Assembly (NCBI GenBank): GCA_963668625.2
Contig: CAXXKA010000008.1
Location: forward strand, 1,312,001-1,376,000
Origin: an uncultured candidate division Zixibacteria bacterium
GTDB taxonomy: Bacteria > Zixibacteria > MSB-5A5 > UBA10806 > 4484-95
Direction of reading: 5' to 3'
DNA: 64,000 bases
This document shows, one piece after another, positions 31,229-40,100 of the stretch. How positions within the stretch are numbered: position 1 is the stretch's first letter; every line of letters begins with the position of its first letter. The position numbers and the translations under genes were made by a program. The notes beneath the pieces were generated by a model. The model saw nothing but the letters and a program-made list of their open reading frames with translations, searched no databases and was not told where the DNA came from.

Positions 31229-33907
31229 ATGGCAGATAATGAGAAAGCAAAAATATTTCCTGATATTGAGGCTGAAAACAGCGAATGGGCCGAGGCACTG
31301 GATGATGTTTACGAATCGGATGGACGTGACCGGGTTAAAGATATACTTCTGAAGCTTCACTCGCAGGCCAGCCGTCATGGCATACCCTTGCACTGTCCGG
31401 GTAATACGCCATATATCAATACTATACCGCCGGAAAAACAACCCGATTATCCCGGCGACAGAAAAATCGAAAGACGAATTAAAAGTATAATAAGATGGAA
31501 TGCCATGGCGATGGTAACTCGAGCTAACCGTGAGCATAACGGTATAGGCGGTCATATTTCAAGTTTTGCCTCGTCGGCTACATTATACGAGGTTGGATTT
31601 AATCATTTTTTCCGCGGTAAAAATGAAGAGCATGATGCGGACATAATTTATTTCCAGGGACATATCGCTCCCGGTATTTACGCCCGGGCTTTTTTAGAGG
31701 GGCGATTTACCGAAAAAGACCTGGTTAATTTCCGTCGCGAGCTTAAACCCGGCGGCGGCCTGACCTCATATCCACATCCCTGGTTGATGCCTGATTTCTG
31801 GCAGTTCCCGACAGTGTCGATGGGATTAACGTCCATTATGGCTATCTATCAAGCGCGGTTCAATCGCTACCTCGAGGATCGCGGCTTGAAACCTCGTACC
31901 GATCAGAAAATATGGGCGTTTTTAGGTGATGGCGAAATGGATGAACCCGAATCGCTCGGAGCGATCACACTCGCGCCGCGTGAGAAATTATCGAACCTCG
32001 TTTTTGTTATCAACTGCAATCTTCAACGGCTGGATGGCCCGGTGCGCGGCAACGGCAAAATCATCCAGGAACTCGAAGCCGCTTTCCACGGCGCCGGCTG
32101 GAACGTGCTAAAAGTTATCTGGGGCTCCGATTGGGATCCGCTTATCGCTAAAGATAAAGAAGGTTTATTGATCAAGCGGATGGAGGAATACGTGGATGGC
32201 GAATCGCAGAAATATGTCGTTTCCTCAGGTGATTACGTGCGCAAGCATTTCTTCGGCAAATACCCCGAACTTTTAGAGATGGTGAAAGATTTATCCGATG
32301 AGCAAGTGTATAAGCTTCGCCAGGGAGGACACGATCCGGCGAAAGTGTATACCGCTTATGATGCCGCTATGAAATACGAGGGCGGCCCGACCGTAATACT
32401 CGCGAAAACAATCAAAGGCTACGGATTGGGAGAGGCCGGCGAGGGCAAGAATATAACTCATCAACAGAAAAAATTAAACGAGGAGGAGATGAAGCATTTC
32501 CGGGATAGATTCGATATACCTATCTCGGATGACGCTATCGCCGACGCCCCGTTTTACCGTCCCGAGGATAACAGCCCCGAAATGCAATACCTTCAGGAAA
32601 GAAGACGGGCGCTGGGTGGATATGTACCAAAACGTATGGTTCAGGTAGAGCCGTTAAAAACTCCATCGAATGATTTGTTCGGCGAATTTTACGATGGTTC
32701 GGGTAACCTTGATGTTTCAACGACCATGGCTTTTGTTAGCATGCTGGCAAAGATGCTAAAAGATAAAGAAATCGGTAAGCTGATCGTGCCGATCGTCCCG
32801 GATGAGGCGCGTACGTTCGGCATGGAGTCGCTTTTCAGGCAGGTGGGTATTTATTCGCATGTCGGCCAGGTTTACGAACCCGTTGATAGGGATAACCTGC
32901 TGTACTATCGTGAGGCAAAGGACGGGGCCATACTCGAGGAGGGTATTACGGAGGCAGGCTCGATGTCATCGTTTATAGCGGCGGCTACTGCTTATTCCAC
33001 TCATGGGATAAACACCATACCGTTTTTCATATACTACTCGATGTTCGGACTTCAGCGTATCGGTGATTTCATCTGGGCGGCCGGCGATATGCAGGCTAAG
33101 GGATTCCTGATCGGCGGCACCTCCGGCAGAACCACCCTTATGGGCGAGGGTTTGCAGCATCAGGATGGTAACAGCCATGTGTTGGCGTTGACAGTTCCGA
33201 ATCTGAGGACTTACGATCCGGCGTTCGCGTACGAGCTGGCGGTTATTATCAAAGATGGTATCAGGAGAATGTATCACGAGCAGGAGAATATATTCTACTA
33301 CATTACCGCCATGAACGAATTTTACAAGATGCCGCCAATGCCGAAAGGCTCCGAGGAGGGGATATTAAAAGGCCTGTATAAATTCAAAGCCTCCGAAAAA
33401 GGCGATAAGAAGCTCAAAGCGCATCTCTGGGGTAGCGGCTCCATACTTAACGAGGCGCTTAAAGCTCAGGAAATTCTAGGCGAGAAATACGACGTGTCCG
33501 TGGATGTCTGGAGCGCTACCAGTTATAAGGAATTGTATCGCGATGCTATCGAAACCGAACGTTGGAATATGCTTCATCCCGGCAAGGAAATGAAAGTACC
33601 TTACATACAACAGCTTTTCCCCAAAGAGGACGGCGTTATCGTAGCCGCTACCGATTATATCAAGGCTCTGCCACAGTCTATAGCCAGATGGGTACCGGGT
33701 AATTTTAAATCTCTGGGTACCGATGGTTTTGGGCGAAGCGAGACCCGCGAGTCCCTGCGTGATTTCTTCGAGGTGGATGCTCGCTATATAACACTGGCCA
33801 CTTTATACGGTTTGATGCAGGAGAAAAAAATAAAACCTGAGATAGTAACCGGTGCGATTAAGGAGCTTGGTATCGACCCGGAGAAATTGAATCCGCATGT
33901 GGCCTAG
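31229..33907 (+). CDS. aceE: Pyruvate dehydrogenase E1, homodimeric type
   Basis: GGHISSFAS, QFPTVSMGL, GDGEMDEPES, NCNLQRLDGPV, GEGLQHQDG and GTDGFGRS motifs. Confidence 0.96.
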   Translation: MADNEKAKIFPDIEAENSEWAEALDDVYESDGRDRVKDILLKLHSQASRHGIPLHCPGNTPYINTIPPEKQPDYPGDRKIERRIKSIIRWNAMAMVTRANREHNGIGGHISSFASSATLYEVGFNHFFRGKNEEHDADIIYFQGHIAPGIYARAFLEGRFTEKDLVNFRRELKPGGGLTSYPHPWLMPDFWQFPTVSMGLTSIMAIYQARFNRYLEDRGLKPRTDQKIWAFLGDGEMDEPESLGAITLAPREKLSNLVFVINCNLQRLDGPVRGNGKIIQELEAAFHGAGWNVLKVIWGSDWDPLIAKDKEGLLIKRMEEYVDGESQKYVVSSGDYVRKHFFGKYPELLEMVKDLSDEQVYKLRQGGHDPAKVYTAYDAAMKYEGGPTVILAKTIKGYGLGEAGEGKNITHQQKKLNEEEMKHFRDRFDIPISDDAIADAPFYRPEDNSPEMQYLQERRRALGGYVPKRMVQVEPLKTPSNDLFGEFYDGSGNLDVSTTMAFVSMLAKMLKDKEIGKLIVPIVPDEARTFGMESLFRQVGIYSHVGQVYEPVDRDNLLYYREAKDGAILEEGITEAGSMSSFIAAATAYSTHGINTIPFFIYYSMFGLQRIGDFIWAAGDMQAKGFLIGGTSGRTTLMGEGLQHQDGNSHVLALTVPNLRTYDPAFAYELAVIIKDGIRRMYHEQENIFYYITAMNEFYKMPPMPKGSEEGILKGLYKFKASEKGDKKLKAHLWGSGSILNEALKAQEILGEKYDVSVDVWSATSYKELYRDAIETERWNMLHPGKEMKVPYIQQLFPKEDGVIVAATDYIKALPQSIARWVPGNFKSLGTDGFGRSETRESLRDFFEVDARYITLATLYGLMQEKKIKPEIVTGAIKELGIDPEKLNPHVA

Positions 33908-34037
33908 GTAAATTATTCACGATATAGCCGGTGGATATCCTCATCCGCCGGTTATATCATATGGCTAGTTTAAACAACAGGTCATAATCAATCAAAGAGA
34001 TCAATTGTATCTGTCAGTATACTATCGGATAACCTGG

Positions 34038-34976
34038 CTACGATTTCACTGCCATGGCGTTTTCGATCATCTCCGAAATTCTTCCCTCCAGACCGGATTT
34101 CATTGGAAACATCGATGCCGAATACAGCCAGTTGCGTTTGGGCCCTATATTCACGACGTGGTTGCCTCGCGAAGTTAATTTTGCTCTTACCGGGAATGCT
34201 TCTTCCAACCGCAGCCGCCATTGAACGAGTCGATCTTTTGCCCGTGTTTTCTCGTCATCCAGAATGCAATAGATATACAGGTTGGTGGTTATCAACCAGG
34301 TATGCTGTTTGCGGGTTCTGAATATGAGAAGATGGTCGATTACTTTTTCATTGGCGCTCAGATATCCCGATTCTCTCAATAGATAAGACAATCCCTCGTC
34401 CGTATAAAAACCCTTTGGAGAAAGTTTGTGTGTCGGTTCCTCGGATTTCCTTTGGGGGGGTTGTGTTGTCTCGGGCGTGGAATTATTGCCGGCCGAAATT
34501 TCCGGGATGATGATCGGCTTTTTTATCTTAATGAATTGGGGAAATGTCCCCCCCGGCGAAAAAGTAGGCGTCGAATCTGGAATCGATTTCACTTTTACGA
34601 TATTATCGAATAGCGGGGATATGGTCGGCTTTATCTCGGGGACTTTAACGCTGATTATACTATCGTCAAAGATATTCGGGACGGTGGTTATAGGCCCGTT
34701 AAAATCACTTTTGATTTCATCGATACTCAACGGATTGGATTCGGGTTCCTGTTTCGCCATGACGACTTTTCCGATTCCGGGTATTTCGATGCTCTTGAAT
34801 AGATGAGCTACCCAGGGCAAGATGGCCAGGAGGAACAGCCAGAGCGTGGTATTATCTATTTTAAGTTCAGGGTAAAGGTGATGTGCCAGGATTAGTACTA
34901 ATGCAACGATAGTAATCAGGATTCTGATTATAGTGCCGCTTTTTTCCTTCAATGCATCTAACATAAATTTCACCAT
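34038..34976 (-). CDS. Hypothetical membrane protein (2 TM helices, Pro/Thr-rich linker, C-terminal globular domain)
   Basis: LKIDNTTLWLFLLAILPW TM hairpin, low-complexity linker, C-terminal LIFRTRKQHTWL...CILDD...QW...NWLYS domain. Confidence 0.6.
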   Translation of the reverse strand: MVKFMLDALKEKSGTIIRILITIVALVLILAHHLYPELKIDNTTLWLFLLAILPWVAHLFKSIEIPGIGKVVMAKQEPESNPLSIDEIKSDFNGPITTVPNIFDDSIISVKVPEIKPTISPLFDNIVKVKSIPDSTPTFSPGGTFPQFIKIKKPIIIPEISAGNNSTPETTQPPQRKSEEPTHKLSPKGFYTDEGLSYLLRESGYLSANEKVIDHLLIFRTRKQHTWLITTNLYIYCILDDEKTRAKDRLVQWRLRLEEAFPVRAKLTSRGNHVVNIGPKRNWLYSASMFPMKSGLEGRISEMIENAMAVKS

Positions 34977-35003
34977 CGGTTAATAGTAATCGTATTGCCT
35001 TAT

Positions 35004-35876
35004 TTAATAAGTATCTGCAGTCTCCGTATATTTCTCCTGTTTAAGCAATCTGTTTATGACATCCTGATAATACGGCTTCTCTTTCAAGCTCGAATGCGAT
35101 CCGGGAAAATATATAAGCGTGATTGTGGCGGTGGAATCATCGAATTTATCGAGCACTATGGTGAATCGTTGATCGCTGGATAATCGCGAATTGTCGATCA
35201 TCGGGAAATCGAATGGCCCTACGCCGAAATCATTCACGTAAGGTTCGCCATCTCCGTAGACTGATACCTCGACCTCCATCTCACCGGTTTCCTCATCTAT
35301 GTCGAACACCTCAATCTCGAAAGTCCTCTTGATCGACTCCAACTCTAGCTCTCCCGGATCGAGTAACGCCGGCAGGTCGTGTAAGTCGATCGTGCGCTCG
35401 AAACTTCTGCCTACACCCTGAAGAGCCAGGGCCTGCTTGCCGGTTATCTCACGGGCGGCTTTATACAGTCGGTTACGGTAATCTTTTCGTATGTCATTCG
35501 GGATGGTAATATCGCTGTCAATTAACTTGGCGATATGAATGTAAAGCGGCTTGATACAGATCGATTCGTGAAAGTTGTACGTTAGTAACTCCAGGTCGAG
35601 AAGCTTGCTTTCCAGAGATACCGAGTTGGGTTTGGTGTAGGTATCGATAATCGACTTGAACATGTCTTTCCTGATAGCGCTCTCGGCATCCTCGCGTTTG
35701 CTGATCAGTTCGGTATACAGTCGTATACGCAACTCGTTGTTCTGCCTGTCGTTCAAATACGATGAGCTGAAATAACCGATCGAGGCAACGGCCAGCGCCG
35801 CGAGAATTCCGCTTACCAGTTTGCCGATAATCTCGGCTTTATCCCACCAGTCTTTGGCTTTCTTTTCATCAGGCAT
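35004..35876 (-). CDS. Hypothetical single-pass membrane protein
   Basis: KDWWDK followed by a TM helix; LYTELISKREDAESAIRKDMF, YNFHES and FDFPMIDN segments. Confidence 0.65.
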   Translation of the reverse strand: MPDEKKAKDWWDKAEIIGKLVSGILAALAVASIGYFSSSYLNDRQNNELRIRLYTELISKREDAESAIRKDMFKSIIDTYTKPNSVSLESKLLDLELLTYNFHESICIKPLYIHIAKLIDSDITIPNDIRKDYRNRLYKAAREITGKQALALQGVGRSFERTIDLHDLPALLDPGELELESIKRTFEIEVFDIDEETGEMEVEVSVYGDGEPYVNDFGVGPFDFPMIDNSRLSSDQRFTIVLDKFDDSTATITLIYFPGSHSSLKEKPYYQDVINRLLKQEKYTETADTY

Positions 35877-35878
35877 AG

Positions 35879-36244
35879 CTACTCCCGGCGCAGGCTGTAA
35901 TTTCCCTGCTTATCTTTTTCGATTATCAGGTTGTAGCGGATGGATTTTAAGTACGAGCGCACCTCATAGGGCGGAATGTTGTTTTTGTAGCGGATATCAT
36001 CACTGACTATAAGCTGGAAACTACCCTCATCCTTAATATAGAATTTGTATAAGCCGTTGGCATCCGTGGATGCTGAAGTTAATATCTCGTAATTTCCCTC
36101 ACTATCCGGCAGGGTAGTTATCGTTACTGTTACGCCTTTGCCGATAGGTTTGCCGCCCTCCTTAATTATACCGTAGATTTTTCCGGCGTGAAGAATAGAG
36201 GGGATCAGCGCGACGACTAATAGTATCAACAGGCGCTTACTCAT
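35879..36244 (-). CDS. Small secreted protein, carboxypeptidase-regulatory/prealbumin-like fold
   Basis: Signal peptide, GKIYGII...TDANGLYKF pattern; AAAGGAG RBS. Confidence 0.65.
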   Translation of the reverse strand: MSKRLLILLVVALIPSILHAGKIYGIIKEGGKPIGKGVTVTITTLPDSEGNYEILTSASTDANGLYKFYIKDEGSFQLIVSDDIRYKNNIPPYEVRSYLKSIRYNLIIEKDKQGNYSLRRE

Positions 36245-36421
36245 GACAGCTCCTTTCGTTATGACAGGATATGTTATTGAAAGTCAGCCATAATGATTAA
36301 CCAAAACGGGAAATTATAATCGGCTGATTATCTGTATGATTATTTTAGGGGATTGAGGGCTGATTGTCAAATGATATTGAGAGTGGGGTAGCCCCCTTGT
36401 GGTTTTGACTGGTTGCTTAAT

Positions 36422-36664
36422 TCGAAACAGAGTTTCTCGGGCGATTGTGTTGCCACACTGGAGTTTAGGAACGAGGGGGGAACGAGTAGGTCAAGTCCAC
36501 TTGGGACTTGACTAACCCGCGTAAAGAATCACAAACGCGAATCGCATACAGAAGCAGAAAGTTGAATTGTTTTAGTGTCCTATCTCCGCTAAAGCGAATA
36601 AAACTCGAAACAGAGTTTCTCAGGCAATTGCGTTCCCAAACTGGAGTTTAGGAACGAGGGGAAC
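36422..36664. repeat. REP cluster: two ~60-bp direct repeats (36422-36483, 36605-36664) around a GTAG hairpin
   Basis: tcgaaacagagtttctc.ggc.attg.gtt.cca.actggagtttaggaacgaggg occurs twice. Confidence 0.8.
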
Positions 36665-36686
36665 CTCTTTGGATATTACAAATCAG

Positions 36687-38825
36687 CTAAATAAAATCAT
36701 TAAAATAATTTTTACCCTCTTCGGTGATTCTATATTTATATGGTTCTCCTTCTTTTTCCTTCATCCTTTGAATATAGTTATAATTAATAGCTAACTTTTT
36801 AGCTCTAAAAGCAATTAAGTATTTAGATAAATCTAATTCTTCAGCAATATCACGCGCAAAAGCAAATTTATCAATATGGTCAAGTTCTTTAAGAATTGTG
36901 ATTTCTTCAATTGGTAAAAGTCTATTATTTCCTATTGTTTCGAGTTTACTTTTTATTTCGTCGGATATACTTTCGATGGTAACGTCATTACCGCATTCAT
37001 TACATTTCATTTTATTGAACTCCAAAAAACTTAACTGCTCAATCGGGAATTGCTTGTTACATGCAGGATTGATACAATATATTCTTTTAGAACGCTGTAA
37101 AAAAGAATGAATAATTCTAGTGAAATTAAATGGTCGCTCGATAAAGTATTTTCTATATTTAGTTCCTTCTGGCTTTCCCCAAAACAAATTTAGCTTTTTT
37201 ACAAGTCCATAGTAGATTGAATATATTGATACTGGTTTGCCATCTTTGTCGCTTAATTCATTATATTTACTGATAAAAAAATTCAATTCTAGGGTTTTAA
37301 GGAATTTCTCAAAGCGCGGATCAAAATGAAAATGGCTAGAATATGGATAATTCGGCAGGTAAATAGTGCCTTTCAGGTTTTTGGTTTGTATCCTCTTTTT
37401 TATTCCGGATAACTTTTCACAGAATTCTTCAAGTAGCTCTTTTAATTGTAGTATTGATATTTTTTCCCCTATTGATATTAAAGAGTAAGTCGTAGTATCA
37501 AAGAATGATTCCATCTTCTCTTCATAGTAAGACTGGCTTGCTTGTTCAATATCGGATTTTGTAATTTGCTTTTCGAATATAATTTTCCTTTGATAGCAAT
37601 ATGAAAGTATATACCCTAGTATTCTTGGAACATTCATTGAAACTTGGAATAATAACTTGTAATACTCATCTATACCTTGATTTGAAACTTCAAAATATTT
37701 TTCTGGCCTAGAATTGGTGTAGTATTTTAAGCGCTTTGAAAGAATCCTATTCGTAAAATTATAAGCATTTTCTTCCATTTCATCTCTATTAAATTCTGAA
37801 TAGAGATTGTAAAAATCTAAGTCAATTTTATCGATTTTCCCAGGATCAATCTTTCCGTAGTATACCCTATGTGGATAAGCAGCTATTTTAAATTTTATAA
37901 ATTCCTCTGACCAATTATTTAATGGGGCAAGAATGACATCAACAAATGTTTTAATAGAATCTTCTTCAATCTCAGAAAAATCATCTAACATAACAATAAG
38001 GTGTCTGATATTTAGCAGTTTAAGTATTTCCTTTATTTTTAATATTATTTCCTTAATTTGGAATACTTGTAAGAATACTTTGGAGAAATTTGCTGTAATA
38101 TCGTTTGATTCTTTTGTGTTCTTCTTAGCTGTTAGCCCAAAGTTGGAATTTAATTTTAATCCAAGATTATTATTTCCTAAGTTTAGTTTAATATTAGGAT
38201 TATTTATATCAAAACCTGATTCTTTTTGCTTTTCTTTTATTGTTTCCCTTTTAAATCCTTCTTGTTGAAGAATTGGGATTTCGATTTTCCTTAGTATTTC
38301 ATTATTATTAATATTTAACTCTAATTCACTTAAATTCTCTCTAACCGTTTCGCGCTTATTATTCCCAAATAAATCAGTAAATCTATCAAACAGATTACTG
38401 GTTTTCTTAGATATCTCTTCTTTCATGGATTTAAGTACATGTTGTAAAAAAGTTCTTTCAATTAGATACTTTTTAAGCAATCCTTCAGGAAAGTATTCCT
38501 TAAGATAACTAATTTCTGTATATTCTGTTTGGGATGATTCAAAAATCGTTTTAACATCTAAATAGCATGATAAATACTGGCTTTTTTTATTAATTTCCTG
38601 TTCAAGTCTTAAAAATATTGTGGACTTGCCAGTTCCTTTTCTTCCTATCAGAAACGTGGTATTATCTTTCAGGACTTTATTTAAGATATGCTCATTTGGC
38701 AATAGGTCAGTATACAATTCTTGTAGAAGGCTTCTCCCATCATCATCAATGATGTCGGCTCTCCTATACTTCTTTAATGATTCGACTGCTTCAAAAAAGC
38801 CGTCTTTTTCATCTTTTGTAAACAT
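36687..38825 (-). CDS. AT-rich P-loop NTPase (STAND/ORC-CDC6-like) with C-terminal Zn ribbon and winged HTH
   Basis: Walker A GRKGTGKST, Walker B LIVMLDDFSE, CINPAC...CNECG, wHTH-like ARDIAEELDLSKYLI...YRITEEGK. Confidence 0.75.
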   Translation of the reverse strand: MFTKDEKDGFFEAVESLKKYRRADIIDDDGRSLLQELYTDLLPNEHILNKVLKDNTTFLIGRKGTGKSTIFLRLEQEINKKSQYLSCYLDVKTIFESSQTEYTEISYLKEYFPEGLLKKYLIERTFLQHVLKSMKEEISKKTSNLFDRFTDLFGNNKRETVRENLSELELNINNNEILRKIEIPILQQEGFKRETIKEKQKESGFDINNPNIKLNLGNNNLGLKLNSNFGLTAKKNTKESNDITANFSKVFLQVFQIKEIILKIKEILKLLNIRHLIVMLDDFSEIEEDSIKTFVDVILAPLNNWSEEFIKFKIAAYPHRVYYGKIDPGKIDKIDLDFYNLYSEFNRDEMEENAYNFTNRILSKRLKYYTNSRPEKYFEVSNQGIDEYYKLLFQVSMNVPRILGYILSYCYQRKIIFEKQITKSDIEQASQSYYEEKMESFFDTTTYSLISIGEKISILQLKELLEEFCEKLSGIKKRIQTKNLKGTIYLPNYPYSSHFHFDPRFEKFLKTLELNFFISKYNELSDKDGKPVSIYSIYYGLVKKLNLFWGKPEGTKYRKYFIERPFNFTRIIHSFLQRSKRIYCINPACNKQFPIEQLSFLEFNKMKCNECGNDVTIESISDEIKSKLETIGNNRLLPIEEITILKELDHIDKFAFARDIAEELDLSKYLIAFRAKKLAINYNYIQRMKEKEGEPYKYRITEEGKNYFNDFI

Positions 38826-38919
38826 AATTACTCCCCTAAATAATTAATGATAATGTGCACACGAAGATATCCATTGCAATATCAAAGTAGAAATGATTTA
38901 CTTATATGTCAAGTGCTTT

Positions 38920-39900
38920 CTACCCCTCAAACCTCTCCAGCAACGCCTTAGCCGCCGAAAGCGCCGTGCGCTTGCCGCTCATTACCTCCTGCTCTATTTG
39001 CGGCAGGACATCCTTTATACGGGGATCGGAGATGAAGATGTTGTGTAAATGCTCATCCACCAGCGAGTGCAGCCAGTCTTTCTCCTGGTTGCGGCGACGG
39101 ATATTCCACACGCCCGATTTGCGAGTTAGCTCCTTGAACTTGTTGATGACCTCCCACATTGTCGGTATTCCCTCGCCGGTCATGGCCGAGGTCGTGTAAG
39201 CGTGCGTGGTCCAGCCCTCGGTGGCGTTGTAGAGATAATGCAGCGCTTTCTCGTACTCGTCCCGGGCGGTCTCCGATCTGATCCTGTTGTCGCCATCAGC
39301 TTTGTTGAACACCAGCGCGTCGGCAATTTCCATGATGCCCTTCTTTATGCCCTGAAGCTCATCACCGCCGCCGGCTATCATCAGTAGAAGGATGAAATCG
39401 ACCATCGAGCGCACCATGATCTCGTTCTGCCCGACACCGATCGTCTCAACCAGGATGATATCGTAACCGGCCGCCTCGAACACCAGTATGCTCTCGCGGG
39501 TTTTACGGGCTACCCCACCCAGCACTCCGCCTGAAGGGGAGGGCCGGATAAACGCCTTTGGCTCGCGGGAGAGTCTCTCCATGCGGGTTTTATCGCCAAG
39601 TATACTGCCTTTACTGATACTGCTCGAGGGATCGATCGCCAGTACGGCCACGTTAAGGCCCTGCTCAACCAGGTAACATCCCAGCGCCTCGATGAACGTG
39701 CTTTTGCCCGCGCCGGGCAGCCCGGTTATCCCTACGCGTATGGCGTTTCCGGTATGCGGCAGCAGCTCTTTTAAAAACTGTTGGGCTTTATCTATATGAG
39801 TGGGAGAGTTGCTTTCAACCAGCGTAATCGCGCGCGCGATGATAGTGCGGTCGCGGTTTAAAATCCCCTTGATATAATCATTATTTGAAAGGTTTTGCAT
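38920..39900 (-). CDS. meaB: Methylmalonyl-CoA mutase-associated GTPase
   Basis: GLPGAGKST, DPSS...GDKTRM, ETIGVGQ, DELQGIKKG and NKADG motifs. Confidence 0.95.
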   Translation of the reverse strand: MQNLSNNDYIKGILNRDRTIIARAITLVESNSPTHIDKAQQFLKELLPHTGNAIRVGITGLPGAGKSTFIEALGCYLVEQGLNVAVLAIDPSSSISKGSILGDKTRMERLSREPKAFIRPSPSGGVLGGVARKTRESILVFEAAGYDIILVETIGVGQNEIMVRSMVDFILLLMIAGGGDELQGIKKGIMEIADALVFNKADGDNRIRSETARDEYEKALHYLYNATEGWTTHAYTTSAMTGEGIPTMWEVINKFKELTRKSGVWNIRRRNQEKDWLHSLVDEHLHNIFISDPRIKDVLPQIEQEVMSGKRTALSAAKALLERFEG

Positions 39901-40100
39901 GGTACTACTAATCGTCTGCTTTGTTTAAAGTCGTATTATCTCAGAAAGCCGCGAGTCACCCCTTATAATGAGATAACTCGCGGTTTATTTTATTGTTTTA
40001 GATTTTGCTCATTGCTGAAAGTCAAGGGATTGCTTCGTCCCTTCGGCCCTCGCAATGACAGCTATCGACAATTAACAGCTATTATTGTTCTCGGCAGAAA

